From NCBI GenBank assembly GCA_013265495.1, contig MU058781.1:3225050-3289049 (forward strand): a stretch of DNA of 64,000 nt, in the 5' to 3' direction. Shown here one piece after another: positions 10,263 through 23,900 of the stretch; position 1 is the stretch's first letter, and each line of letters begins with the position of its first letter. Source of the DNA: Vicugna vicugna (lineage: Eukaryota). The position numbers were made by a program, and so were the translations under genes. The notes below the pieces were generated by a model. It made no database searches. It worked only from the letters and a program-made list of their open reading frames with translations, and had not been told where the DNA came from.

Positions 10263-12642
10263 TCTCTAGTTAAAAGGTATATCCTTGGTCTAGGAATTTA
10301 TAAAAGAAAATGTTACCTCTAGAGAGGAAAATGGTATCTCCAAATTGCTGTAGGGAGACCGTGCCATGGAAGGTAGCCTGATAGATGTGGCCCAAGATTC
10401 AAGAGAAACTTGCCTTCCTGGCATATTTCAACTAAGAGGGAAAGTGAAGACCTTGTGTTTTTCACTTCCACCTGGCATTCTGTCAGAGAACTAGCAGACT
10501 GTCCCCAGCAAGGTCGCATCTCTATGGTGACAGCTGTTCTTGGAGGAGGGATTTAATGTTGTTTGAGATTAGAGGCTCCTTTGAGATCAAAAGGATTATG
10601 ACATTTCATGGGCTAGTTTCCCACATCCTCTCAATATTCTGTCTCTTAAAGGAAGATTAAGATTGGTTCCATCATCTGGGTTCCTGCTGTTTGGTGTGGT
10701 CATGCATACTTTTCACTATTTCCTCAGTCAGTCCCTAACTTTCCCAGTTCCCATTCACTATGAACCATGCTATTCAGTGACATGGTAACCTGAAATACAC
10801 ACACACACCTTTATTTATTCCTGAAACAGAATTTGTGATTAGAGAGGAAGATGATTTGTAAGTGATATTTACACATTGCTTTCTTTCTAAATTTCAGATC
10901 TTTGATTTCAGGGAAGGAGATAGGGGGCCCAGCTCACGGCTGAGATGTCCCCACACATGTGGCAAGTGAGGAAGGGAACTGATGCCTATTTGAAGTTCAC
11001 AGGCATGAAAAGGCATGAAGGAGAAAGTGATGACAGGGATTCCCAGGTGGATACGGATAAGGAGGGGTGTGCCCCCTGCCTTCCTCTCCCCTCTCCAATC
11101 TCAGCTGCCCCTGTAGGTGGACCATTTACACGTGCTGGTCCAGCACATCCCAGGTCCCTGTTAGCAATGTGGGTGCTAGATCCACACAGGACATGTGGGA
11201 AAATCATGCAAACAAGGCACATACCTTGATTTTCCTTTTTAAACAACTGATGATGGTGAAAAAAATATACTGGGAGCAACAAAGAAGCACCTATTTAGTA
11301 ACTTGTGAAATACTCCCATGGTATCCTTTTTCCTTAAAAATAAAATGTGCTTCCATTGCCCAGGAGGAAAGAGTCAGTTCCCCAAGGTCATGATCATACC
11401 TCCTGATCCTTTCTGGTGCTGTTTCAGCACAAACAAGAGAACACTTCATCACTAGTACACACTTTTCCCTTTCTACCAGGATCCGTTCTGGCGGCAGGGG
11501 AAGGAATGGGTTCGTGCACTAAATCAGTTTACCCAACCTTCAGTCTGTTGGGACGCAGTGTTCTCTCCAAGTGTCAAGTGCTCCTGTTTGGGTTATTGGG
11601 AAGGGGCTGTTGAGAGGAACCATGGTGTAATTCAGAATATTTCAGTGCCTGCATTATTTAGCCCTAATTTTAAGGTTCAGGACTTGCCAGGAAAAGGACC
11701 TAAAGGCTAAAGAGAATAAGGGGCCCAGACTCAGGAATAAGCCATCAGACTTTAAGGCAACCAGTGTTGGTTCTCTTTGGCTTTCCTATAAATTAGGAAC
11801 ACAAATTAGGAACTCTTATTTAAGTTGGATTGTTAATATATAGCATTTCTCAAATGAAAATGTGTTTGATGAAAGCACAACATAAAAAATAACTACCTTG
11901 GAATTTTTGTTGTTGCTGTTAATTGTATTTAATCAGTAAGCACTGTCTACTGAACCTAACGCAAGGTGTTATGCACAGTTTTGCAGGATAAAGAGATGAA
12001 TCCAATTTGCCCATATTTCTTTAGAGAAATAAAACTGTCCATAAAAGAGTTAACAAAGTATAGAGAATGACAGCTTCATGAGAATGGAAAAAAAATGGTT
12101 ATCGAGGTTGAGAAGAGGGAAATATTAATTCCAGCTAGAAGAGGCTTTGGAAATGTTTCTAACAAGAGTCCTGAGAGCTGAATATTTCTGTATGACGGGT
12201 GAAGAGGTAGAGGGGGGAGGGATCTGAGTAGGGGGAGGCAGGGGACATTGCCAGCAGAGGAGAGGGACTAAGCAGGAAGCAAAACCATAGAGGAAGGCAC
12301 ACCTGAATTGTAGATGAGGCAAGGCGGCCAGGCCAGTTCTGCTGGGGGAAGAGGGTGAAGAAGGCAACCAGTTGCAGAAACATTGGAAAGCACTTGAGTA
12401 TCAAGTGGAGAATGACATCGTCAGAGCTTAAAACTATGTGTGGGGTGGGGTGAATGGAGAGGGATGGTGAGTGCATCCATCAGTTACACCGCTGTTCGAG
12501 CAGCGGAGGACGTAATAGTGTTTAGCAGTAATGATAACGGTCATAAACAGCTCTCACTTATTGAGTGCTCCATCGTTGCTGAGCGTTTTCTTTAGATTAT
12601 CTCCTTTCATCTGCTCAGCAAACCTCAAGGCAGGTACGAATA

Positions 12643-12879
12643 CAGCCAGTCCTCATTAGGTGCAGACGCTGTATTTGCAAATGCACTTACTTGCTGACAT
12701 TTCTTTGTAACCCCCAAACCAATGCTCATGGTGTTTTCACAGTCATCTGTGGACATGTGCAGAGTTGCCCCGTGTGTACTTTCCCAGTGAAATTAAGGAA
12801 GGTGATGCTCTGTCTTCTTGTTTCAGCTCATAATGTAAACGGGTGTCATCCTTGTGGCCTATTTAGTCTCACATTTTTC

Positions 12880-12963
<84 letters not shown>

Positions 12964-13328
12964 TTTTGTTGGCAATCTTGCTGTTTAAAATGGTCCCCAG
13001 GTGTGGTGCTGATGTGCGGTCTAGTGTTCCTAAGTGTAGGAAGGCTGTAATGTGCTTAATGGAGAAGTTCTGTGTGTTAGGCATGCTTTCATAGTGCTGT
13101 TGGACATGAGTTCAAGGTTAATGGATCAACAATGTATTCTAAATAAGGTGCCTTTAAACAGAAGCACACATAAGACAAGGAATAAATTGATCAATTGTTG
13201 AAAATATTGTGACCAGAGGCTCACAGGAACCTAACCATTTCCCCTAAGAACATGGTTCAGTGTTCACTAATTCAGTATTCACAGTGACTTCGTAGAACAA
13301 GGCTACTGTGAATATCAAGAATGTATTG
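12643..13328. mobile_element. MER82-like TcMar-Tigger element nested in a MIR
   Basis: Starts TA|CAGCCAGTCCTCATT. Internal TTTGTAACCCCCAAA, TCTAGTGTTCCTAAG and TGTGACCAGAGGCTCACAGGAACCTAACC. Antisense MIR sequence on both sides (~12545-12640 and ~13330-13400). Confidence 0.85.
12882..12960. repeat. Pure poly(T) run, 79 nt
   Basis: Direct count of uninterrupted T residues. Confidence 0.97.
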
Positions 13329-13719
13329 GCAATCTTTTTCACAGAGAAGTAAGCTGGGACTGGAAGAGATAAGGACCTTGCCTGAGGCCACACAGCAGTC
13401 GCAAACCCAGTATACCTGATAGGAATGTCATCATGTGATATATACATTTGTAATGACATAACAAGGGCCTGGACCGGGTGGGAGCAATGAAGGATGGAGG
13501 GGACAAGGTAAATTACAAACGGTTTAAGAAACAGAATCGACAGGACTTGGCCACTGATTGCACTGGGAGGGCAAAGAGGAAGGAGAGGTCCAAGAGGAGT
13601 CTGAAGTCTGGCGGAGGTGATAACCTCTTGGAATCAGGAGGGCCTGAGAAAGGAAGGCTGCAGGGAGGTTATGCAGCAAGGTCAACTGCGATTAGGGACT
13701 GGGGCTTGAGAACATAAAT

Positions 13720-13940
13720 GCCAGTTACTTTTGGAGCAGTCGCTATATTCCAGGTACTGTTAAGAGTCTTTAGCTTAATGATCTCATTTAATCCTCACAA
13801 CAGCCCCATGAGACAGGGACTATTCATGCCCATTTTACAGATGAGACGAGTGAAGCTCAAAGAAGTAAAGTAAGGTGCTTAAGGACACCCTGCTTATAGA
13901 CAACAGAACAGGGAATTCAAACTCAGGCAGAGTGACCCTA
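13720..13940 (-). mobile_element. MIR SINE, near full length
   Basis: ATCTCATTTAATCCTCACAACAGCCCCATGAG...CCCATTTTACAGATGAG...GGGAATTCAAACTCAGGCAG. Confidence 0.9.
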
Positions 13941-14316
13941 GAAGTTGTAACAAACAGAGAGAAATTTTGGAAGTTGAGATCTTGGAAGAAGAGAAGCATT
14001 AGTGTTAATACTACCCTATCTTGTTCTCTAGTTTCTTCTTTTTAATTTTGTTTTTTCCAATATTCTCTCTTTACACTGCGTATTTCCTACTTTCATGTTT
14101 TTACTCAAATTCTTCTCTTCTACAATAATACTATTCTTCTCTTCTAGCTTTTAGGTTTCTTTCTTTTTCTTTTTTAATGTTGCAAAGGGGTAAAGTGATT
14201 TGGTTGCTGCAGAAATTGGACACCTTACATTTTATATTATGTTGTATTGTTAAAAACGTTTGAACATTTTAAGGTTTCCTAAAATGTAATACATGTTGCT
14301 TAAGAAGAATTATTCT

Positions 14317-14784
14317 CTGAGTATTACTCAGCCATAAATAAAGAATGAAATAGTGCCATCTGTAACAACATGGGTAGATCTAGAGGGTATTATGCTAAGT
14401 GAAATAAGTCAGGCAGAGAAAAACAAATATCCTATGATTTCACTTATATGTGGGATCTAAAAAACAAGACAAATGAACAAACAGGACAAAACAGAAGACT
14501 CGTAGATACAGAAAACAAACTGGTGGTTACCAGAGGGGCAGGGCATAGGGTGATGAGTGAACTAGGTAAGGGAGATTAAGAGGTGCAAACTTCCAGTTAC
14601 AAAATAAGTGAGTCATGGAGGTGAAGTGTACAGCACGGGGAATATAGTCAGTGAGTGTGTAATAATTTTGCATGGTGACATGTGGTAACTAGGCTTAGCA
14701 TGGTGATTATTTTGTAATGTATAAAAATACTCAATCATGTTGTATACCTGAAGCTAATATAAGTCAATTATTTTCCATTTAAAA
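14317..14784 (+). mobile_element. 5'-truncated L1 3' end with perfect 15-bp TSD
   Basis: TATGCTAAGTGAAATAAGTCAG...ATTTCACTTATATGTGGGATCTAAAA marks the L1 ORF2 end/3' UTR. TSD AAGAAGAATTATTCT at 14302-14316 and 14785-14799, preceded by TT (L1 endonuclease site). Confidence 0.92.
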
Positions 14785-16472
14785 AAGAAGAATTATTCTT
14801 CTAATTTTTCTTTCATTTCACATTAGTAGTGTTATGGTTTATTTACAGGTGTTCTCATTAATAGAGGAAACATGATTATGCTATTTGTATATGAGATTTG
14901 GATAACTTGGCATAAAATGACATGGTCCTTGTTTTGCTTTTCATCTTGGATATCAATTACCTTTCAACTTTTTTAAAAGATATAAAGTGTCCCATTAAGT
15001 TTCCCAAATCTGTATCACTGAGACTTATTTGCCCATGTCCCTGGGATATTAAGAAATTATATATTCCCCCAACATTTAGGTGTTAAGTGTTGTTTTCACA
15101 GCACTCCTAGTAGGACTGTGCCTGGGGATGGAATGAGTTCCCAAAACAGAGGGTGTTTCATCTAAAAAGTGCCAGAGCCATTTATTACATTCAAAAACAT
15201 GTTAACAGTGGATAATAGGGGAAAAACTCCTGTCAGAATCTTTGGTTCCTTCTTTCTTTCTCATATGACCCCCCCAAATGTCCGGAAGCTGAACATTGTT
15301 TCTGGCCACACGGAAGGTGCTCTCCGGAGCTGTGAACTCCACAAAAACGCTTCTGCCCACAGAGCTCAAAGGCCAGAGGTTGCAAGAACAGTTAGCTTGA
15401 AATCTCTGTAGTTAAGTGGGAAGGAGTTCACCTACAAGGGAGTTTCTATTCTTTGAAATAACCCAAGTCTGAAGCCTTCCCTTTGTAAGTTAAAAAGAAA
15501 CCTCTTGAACTGTTCTGAAACCAGAAGAGAGAGTTTCAGTGCTGCTGGCAACTGGACTATATACTCAGTCAACTGTGACGCTTAGGTGAGTAAATTCTGC
15601 ATTTGTACAGAGACCTGGTAATTTAGGAACAAAGGCAAAGACAAAGAAACCTTAAGGAATCTTTGTCCTCTTCAGCAGCCATGGCATGAAAGGGAACTGG
15701 GGAAAATGAAGCCATGTTTGAGTCAACAAACACTTGAAACCATCCTTCAAATATTCTGGACAGAATAAATTCCAAAGTGTGTTTTGCCAAACCCAGGGGA
15801 AATTAGCTCCATATGTTTCTGATTTATTTATAGTTTAATCATCAAAATATTGCTTTGCAAGGACTGGTTATATCCAAGAAACCTTTTATGAGCCATTTTA
15901 AAACATTATCTTGGAAACAGGAAGCCCTCTTTTGCCAAGAGCTAGCAGATGCCTGCACAGAGGTTTTGGATCTGGTTGTGGGGGCAGAGCCCTGGGTCCT
16001 GAGATTTCCAAGTCTGGCAGAGCCAATTTCATACTGCCTTTGGGGAATCTGTGCTGTGTGTTGGTTCCACTCACTAGAATTATAGAAATCCTTTGGGGAG
16101 GATAACCCAAGGGGAGGGTGACCACTGGCTTCCATGATTCTCACTCAAACTCATTCTCTTTCATGAGATTTCATATCCCTCTCACCATAGTTTGTTTGCT
16201 AACTAGTAATTCAGGAGATAACTCCTCTACCGAAATTTTAATGGTAACATCCTAGCCCTTACAAACCTAAGGTGGAATTTCATAAATGAGCTTAGAAAAC
16301 AGCGGCTTCAAAGGAGCCACTGACTCCAGGAATAGGAAAAAAATTTTTTTTCTCTTTGTTTTTGAGTTTTTTAAAAAAATAAACTAAAACTCTCAGAATT
16401 TTTTTAGAAAGTCTCCTAAAATGGCTTTAAATAAAATAATGTTCGTGCTGCTTTCTCTCTCTCATTGGTCTT

Positions 16473-16730
16473 CATCGGTGGTTTTTAAAAGTAAGTTTCC
16501 TGATCAGTTTCACCCGAGGAAATTGTTAGACATGGAAAATCTCTGTGAGCCCACCTCACACCTACTGCTCCCAGTGATTCTCAAACTATACATACATCAG
16601 AATCACTGACAGTCTTATTAAAATATGTGTTGCTAAGCTCCACCCCTAGAGTTTCTGATTGAGCAGGTCTGGGTGTGACCCGAGAGCTTGTATTTCTAAC
16701 CAGTTCCCAGGTGATGCTGCTGTCCTGGTC
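16473..16730. mobile_element. MER5A-like hAT-Charlie fragments (two adjacent pieces)
   Basis: CAGTGATTCTCAAACT...CATCAGAATCAC...AGAGTTTCTGATT...TTCCCAGGTGATGCTG. Confidence 0.75.
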
Positions 16731-17371
16731 CTCCTGCTTGCAGACCCGTTACCCTACCTTCTTTCCAGTTCTCATCACTGGCTGGCAGCTGAGTGGCAGG
16801 GAGATGGGCATTAAAGCACAGGTATAAGTGGAGCCCATTCCAGGTGCTTCCTCTAATGGTTACTTGTGTCTCGATTTTACAAGTATACCATCTTTCAAAA
16901 TTCCTATGGATCATTATTCATGGCCAAAGAAATGAAATAGTTTACAGAATTATTAGAATGATTATGTAACTCTGGGGCCTCTACAAAGAATTAGTTTAGG
17001 AAACGGGAGTACCATGAAGCCAGTGTATATAGAACACCTATGATTTTTAGAGACTTTCATGAATTAGACTATCTGTAGGCTTTACAATTATATAAAAGTA
17101 GGAACTAATTCATCTGATGACATGAGTGTTTTCTGTCATTAAAATGTAAGAGGACTTTTGTTGCATGAATTCTTGCTTAAGGAATATTGGGTATATAATG
17201 GAGAAAATGTCTTTAATGAGAATTGTAAGTTGATCCTGATGGACTGTACTGATCTTCAGGCAGATCATGAGGCTGGAGCTCAATGAAGGCGTTTCTTCAG
17301 AGAGGTCTGCTGGTGCGCTGCTTTGTGATGATCTGACAGCACAAAGAGCTTATAAAACCTTTTAAAAACAA

Positions 17372-17670
17372 AGTGGCTCTCGAACTTTCAAATGCATTAG
17401 AACCACCTGTTAATTTTGTTAGTAGCAGCTGCTGATTCAGCAGGTCTCAAGTAAGGCTTAAGGTACTTCATTTCTGAGTCTCCCAGGAGATGATGTTGGT
17501 CCACGATCCACACTGGGAGAAGCAAGGTTCTAGAATAGTAGTTCACGACCTTGGGAAGCCTTTACAAAAGTTCTAAGTCAAATGTTCAGGGTAGGGCTTG
17601 GGCATAGGTATTTTTAAAGCACCCCAGGTGAACCTAATATGCAGCCAGCATTGAGAAGCTCTGACCTGGA
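17372..17670. mobile_element. Tandem MER5A/MER5B-like fragments
   Basis: AGTGGCTCTCGAACTTT...GCATTAGAACCACCTG...CCACACTGGGAGAAGCA, then TTTTTAAAGCACCCCAGGTGAACCTAATATGCAGCCAGCATTGAGAA. Confidence 0.7.
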
Positions 17671-19787
17671 AAAGCAGAGTTAATATTTCTAGGCAGCTTC
17701 TCTCAAAGTCAGATGTCTCGCCCCAGTATTTGGTGAGTATTAGATTGCAGTGAATTTATACTTTTGTAAAAAGAGCCTTAAGTGCCTATTTCTATGTTGC
17801 TGATAAAAGAAAGAGCCAGATGCTTTACATTCCTGACCTGCTGACTGCAGAGTTGAAATTCAGCTGTGAAAATTTAGCACCCTGTTTCATATTCTCTCCT
17901 CTACAGAGAACCTCCCTATTTACTCTTATAGGTGAGCTACAGATAGAATTATGAGTACAGCCAACATTGACGTGCCAACAAAAGATGTTTAAAATGCTCA
18001 AGTACTTAGACACATATTTGAGAACTCAGAACCCTACACACACACACACAAACAATGAAGAGAAAAATTTGCTTTAACAATGTCAAACTGTTTCAATCCA
18101 CTTGTCTCCAGCATAAAATAAATGTAATCTTACTTCTGTGGAACATCTGATTGTGCTTATAACTGCATCCCAGTGGACCTTTTTGGATGAGTCACTTGCA
18201 AAGTGCACCCATAAGTAGCTGAATGTGCTGTCTGTGGTTGAATAATTAAATGTTGTACACTTAAACATTAGAGAATGCCTGCCAAATACAATTATTCCAA
18301 TTGTAGCCAAGTTGAAGTTGAACTTCTCTCTCCCCCAATAATTAGCCAACAGTTGCAGTTACTTTTTAAGGTCTCTGCTCATTTCTGGTAATGAAACTAT
18401 GGCAAGACAGAGAGAAAAATGTATCCCTGTTTATTCTGGTAGATGGATACAGACCCACTTTGTCTAATAACTGTATCAAGTTATCTAAACATTAAACCCC
18501 AAAGAAGGGGACTTTAGTGCCCAGCATATTTTAGAAGTTAGATTAATCCGTCCAAAAGCCATCTCCTCCCACCCCATTTTTTGCCAGTGGTATTATGATG
18601 ACAGGCTGTAAGGAATTAAGATTTTGGATGACATATAAATGTTCCTCACTTTATGCTATGGGTAGTTCGTGGGCATGAATCTGAGACTGACAAAAGTAAT
18701 CAGCATTGCAGAAGTTGTCTTCTTACCCACGTCTCCATGAATTGAAACTGTACCGTAATGATGGTAGTAGGACGGACACGGCCAGGACGGTCATGAGGGG
18801 TGCTTCTTGGTCTTCAGTGCAGCCCGCCCACTGTTTTGAGCTCCTGTGTGCTCTGCCCTGGCCCTTGGAGTGAACTTAGTGCACTCATGTAGCAGCGTGA
18901 GCAACACAAACCAGCCAGCGCGGGAGGACATAGTTGGGATCCCTTCCCCTTGTTTCTTCTCTGATTTCATCTTCTCCCAGTGCCAGCCTGGAGCTCCTAA
19001 GTTTCCAGGGCCTGGAACTCATCTCTTGGCCTCTTTGCACATCGTACTTTACCTTTGTCCTCATCAGCACTTAGACGTCAGATTTCCTCACAGATTTAGG
19101 CTTGGCTGCCCTGTGGCTGTCCACATCCCCTACTGCCTCAGTCAGAAACTTCCTGTCCAAACTCATCCCCAAGGAACCCATTCCCATCATGACGACGTTA
19201 GCCAGGCCCACCCAGCAACTATACAGAAGACCACCTAGAAGCCTGGGGTGAGCAAAGTGAAATGGATCTGGCCCTCAGATTCCTGAAGACACCAGCGTGG
19301 GGAGGAGGGGAGAGAGGGGGGCTGGGAACCACCCTACATGCACTTGGAAGCTGATGCCCTCTCCAGGGACTTTGTGTCCGTCTATATTCACCTCTGGAAC
19401 CCTGGGTCCTCTCACCACTGAGACGAGAGTTTGGGAGTAGGGATTGGGGAGGAAGAGTGAGGAGGGGAGCATCTAAAGTGGTACATTCTTGAAAAATCAT
19501 AATTTGAAAATGCACCCTTTAAGTGCCAGTTCCTTGTAATCCTGAAAGTTCTAACCAATAAAACCCACTCCCCTTCAGGAATACTTTCAGGTAGATCCTG
19601 TTTGTCGTTTTTGAAAAAAGCTAGTGTAGAATTTTGAAGTGATAGCCAGTAAGCTCATGGGTGTCAGTTTGCTTAAATAGTGAAATTTTCTTCTAGAAGC
19701 AAGGGCACACCACATCTGGAATCCGTCTGAGGGAACCCAGGTTAGTAGTTGTGCAGGTCTAGTGTGAGACTCAGGAGCGATGGTAGA

Positions 19788-19952
19788 TGGGAACTTGTTT
19801 TCCTTTTAGGATGTTGGAAATGTTCAAAACTTAGATTCTGGTGATGGTTGTACAACTCTGTAAATATACTAAAATTCATCGAATTGTACAATTAAAATGT
19901 GTGGATTTTAGGGTGTGTAAATTATACCTGAATAACGCTGTTAAAATAAAAA
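19788..19952 (+). mobile_element. L1MB/L1ME-type 3' terminal fragment
   Basis: GGAAATGTTCAAAACTTAGATTCTGGTGATGGTTGTACAACTCTGTAAATATACTAAAA...AATTATACCTGAATAA. Confidence 0.85.
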
Positions 19953-20507
19953 GGCATCTCAGAAACCCTGCTAAGGAGTTTGGATGTTTTCCCGGTTGAG
20001 GCAGGAAGGTACTGACCATGTAGACTCATGCACCTGCATTTTAGAAAGCACCCCCCTGGGATGGCGCACCCCTTGCTGTGCAAGGCTGGGGTGAGGTAAA
20101 GAGAACTGGCCTCCGCTGAGCATCTGCTGTGTGATAAACACTGCGTAGGCACCTGCTACACGTCCTCTCATTTAAGCCTCACAGCGGCATACTGGTACCT
20201 TTACTCTCGCTGGATGATTTATTGCTGTTGCTATAGAGATGTAATTCTACCAGATCTGAAATACAGACAACCACTGCTTTACCTGTGAGACAGTTCTCAT
20301 ATGTAGGCTCAGGGAGGTTAAGTGACTTGCCCCAACGCACACAGGCAGTAAGTGGCAGAGCCAGGAGAACTCAAGGGACGTCTGACTGAGCTAAGGCTCT
20401 GCTCTTTCTGCTCCACCCCGCTGCCCTGAGATTGGGTGGATCTGCGTGCCCAGCCTGGGCTTAAACCACTTGGTAGGTTGCTCAGCATTAATACTCTGAC
20501 ATGCCCT

Positions 20508-20989
20508 TGTATTAGTTTTCTGTCGCTACTTTATTAACAAATGACCACAAATTTAGTGGCTTAGAACAACGCGGATTTATTCTTTCCAATTCTGGAGGTC
20601 AGAAGACCAAAAGCAGTCTCACCGGGATAAAGGCAGCGGTGGTTCTTTCTCGAGGCTCTAGGGGAGAATCCGTTTCCTTGCCTTTTCCAGCTTCTGGAGG
20701 CCACCCGCGTTCCTTGGCTCTGGTTCTTTCTTTGCAATGGGATTCCTGCAACTTCTGCTTCTGTCAGCACATCTCTTTCCTCTCTGACCTGACCCTCCTG
20801 CCTCCCTCTTAGAAGGACCCCTGTGACTACATTGGTCTATCTGGATAATCCAGGGTAATCTCTTCATCTCAAGAGCCCAAATTTAATCATACCTGCAGAG
20901 TCCCTTCTACCCTGTAAGGTAACATAGTCACAGGTTGGGGGACCAGAATGTGGACATCACTGGGGAGGTGCATTACTCTACCCAGCACA
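20508..20989 (-). mobile_element. MaLR solo LTR (MLT1D-like)
   Basis: TG...CA ends, internal GAGGCTCTAGGGGAGAATCCGTTTCCTTGCCTTTTCCAGCTTCT, and 5-bp flanks GCCCT/CCCCT consistent with a TSD. Confidence 0.9.
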
Positions 20990-23900
20990 CCCCTGCTCTA
21001 GAAATCTGTTTGAAAGGAGTCTCTGAATAAATGTAATCGTCCATATTTTGTCCTTGAACATAAACTCAAAAGTTTCTGTTTAGTCTTAAGAACCAAAGTG
21101 AAGACTTAAATAATGCTAATTATTGGTCTCCAGTTTGTCTCTTGAGACTTTAGAGAAATAAAATAAAGAGAAAAAAAGCTTGATGAGGTGCCATCACGAA
21201 TACTACTTTCCTTTGAAGGTGTCATTTTTAGTTGATAAATTACAGGGTTACTTTAGTATGTCAAGCCCTCAGAGAGATTTCATGCCAGAGGAATGTGGAT
21301 GTTTGGACAAATGAGAACAAACACACATGTCAAATAATATTTATGTTGCTCATAAACTGTTTCAAGGCATGCTTTCTCTTCCACACTGTCATTTAAGGTG
21401 ACTGTGTGCTTCATAAGACATTGTTTAAATAGGATAGGGTCTTTTTTTTTTTTAAGTTCTATGGTGTGTAGGTGTCTGTTTCCCTCTAGGTTTACATCCT
21501 ACAGCAACAGCTGAAATTGTCGAAGTCAAGGGCCAAACAGAAGATAAAGAGCAAAATCAGGGGCCGTGAGACGGCCTTGACTTTGCTGACCAAAAGCACA
21601 GTGTAGAGAAAGAGACTTACCTGTTATTATCCAAGGCTCTGGGGCTCTGAGGGGTTGTTCTTGGAAAGGTGGGAAACCTTACCACATTTTGAAATACACA
21701 TTCAGAATACTGAACGCTAAGAGTTCGGGAGTTGACGAGGATGGAGGTGATCCTTTAATGAAGATTTTCCTGTGTGCTTCCTTCTCTCCTTGACAGGAGT
21801 AATAATACCTTTCTCTATAACTCCTGCCACCTTCACAGAATAGGTCCTCCTCTTAACTTTTTATTCTCTTACAGTCAGTGTACCACCATGGACCTTTCCT
21901 GTTCTTCAGTTCAAACCCCATGACATGCATCTGCTAAAAGCAGTGGTTCAGTTCAAACATGTCCTGGGTCCTTAACCAGGTTTAAGTTCTACTCTCCAAG
22001 TAGAATCCTGGGAGACTCAAGGTATTTGCTCTTTGCCATTAACTGCTTATGTGACCTCGGGGTCAGCCTGTCTGGTTTCGGTTTTTCCACATGAAAATCA
22101 AACCTGTCAGGATTGTCTAATAGGACTGTGAGATGCCTTTCAGTTCCAAGATCTTATAAGCTCAGAACATATAGTGGTTATGGGAGCCATGTGTTGGATC
22201 TTGGTTTGGGGTATCCAAGAGGTTGACCCAGAGATAAGATTTTGAGTACAAGTAGTTTATTTGGGAGGTGTACTCAGGAAGGACTGACAGATTTGGGGAA
22301 GAAAGACCGAAAAGACAAGGAAGGCAGTAGGTTTCCTTTTAAACTTGCCAAGAATGTTCCAGAGATTACAAGCTCTTGTTCTGCAGGGTTTAGCAGTGTG
22401 TACATGCTGCCTTCATGGTGGGCACGGGCAAGAGAATAAACTGTATCTAAACGTCAGAATCCTGACCCGAGTGAAGAGTGTTAATAAATTATGGATGCTC
22501 TATATTATTTGCATAGAAATACTCTTAAAACGCCGTGTTGCAAAAATCTGCCGTGAAATTTTCTCTCCTTACCCAGGCAATCACATTAAAGCACTATCGT
22601 GCTGTGACATTTTAACTAGCAAGGAACTCATTTTTAATTGCTTGGTGTAGAAGGTTCAGCTTGGCCAAGAGCCTTCCCTAATGCAGAGCCAGTGCTCTGT
22701 GTAAAATGGGCCAGTTGGTTCTATGATCATCCGTTGCTCTTTTAAAAGTTTCAGCATTCAGATGAGCTCTTAGAAATATGGGGGTAGGAGGAATGGGATA
22801 ATTCAATTCATTCTCCTCCTTCTAAACTTTATTCTTGAGAACCCGACTTGTCAACATCTATGAAAAATAGAAGAGGCCTTAGCAATCAATCACTAGAGGA
22901 GGAGGTGATGGAAGAGGAAGGAGACAGCTGGCCGAGGAACTTCAAGCTTCAATCATTTTGTATTTCAGGACATGAGAGCAGGATTGCTGACTGTTAGATT
23001 TCCTTTGAGAGGCGGTATGCGAATGGCATATTGAATATTCTGATAAAGCCAAGTATAGGTGTAACTCCTTTAGGAAACAGTCTGGTAAAAAGTGAAGCTC
23101 CTTGGGTGAATATTAAATAAGATTTGACTTACATGCAACTTAGATTCTTAGAATAAGAGCAGACTTTCTAGAGTGTCAAATTCAACCCTCATTTGACTCA
23201 AGAAGAAACCAAGGTCTTGAAAGGTTCAGAGATTTGTTCTCCAGGACTACAGAGTTTATGAATTCAAGTATTCTGATACCCCATCCAGTGTTGTTTCTAC
23301 CTCACCACATGGCCACACATCTCCTCCCCCAACCCCCAGTTCATTTAGACAATGAAACACCTGAATTGAAAGGACCACACTGTAGGATCTCTTTCTTGCA
23401 GCTTATCCCTACGTGTAATAGATTCACACACAACCCCCCAGAAATTTACAAAGTTGCCCTTGGCTTTACCATGATGAACGTAAACCTTTGAACACCTCCT
23501 GTCGAATGAGGTCTGCGAGGATTTGTGTTGTGGGGTTTGTTTAACACCAAGAACAAAATCCTTGACTGTTACGCAGGGCAGAGGTGGGAGGAACGCGCCC
23601 CTGATGGAGAAAGGGGCTGTTTTCACAGGAACAGTCTTTTCCAGACCTTGTCCCCGTTTGATCTTCACTTTGAGTGAAGTGACCTTCACTTTGATCTCCA
23701 TGACATACCACAGAACATTTAGTTTAAAAAAAAAAGGCCACATTTCTGTGTTGTCTGTCCAGCTTCTCTCAGCTTCTCTGTCCCTGACCCGCTCCAACGT
23801 CATTGTCATCTAACCTCTCTGAACCTCAGTCTCCTAATGTCTGAATAATCTTCTTGGCAGGGGTGTATCTTATTTTAGAAGGGTCTTTCTAAGAAAAAAT

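Noticed and set aside
11790..11813. Short direct repeats such as AAATTAGGAAC x2, GTCCTGTTTG x2 (~31810), CTGGCACCA x2 (~57900) and GGTACTTTGTA x2 (~60235)
   Set aside because: Two-copy 9-11 bp local duplications are ordinary slippage products with no array structure.
12691..13084. ORFs with poly-Phe or poly-Lys tracts
   Set aside because: Translation artefacts of the T79 run inside a MER82-like element.
22190..22285. Possible old ERVL LTR fragment, plus possible hAT (~23860-24040) and MLT1 (~40800-41090) remnants
   Set aside because: Too degraded to name or delimit reliably by eye.
23345..23813. 154-aa minus and 96-aa plus ORFs, and similar 130-157 aa ORFs at 24191, 33767, 57613 and 60384
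   Set aside because: No recognisable domains or exon boundaries. Some overlap degenerate L2, MIR or L1 sequence.
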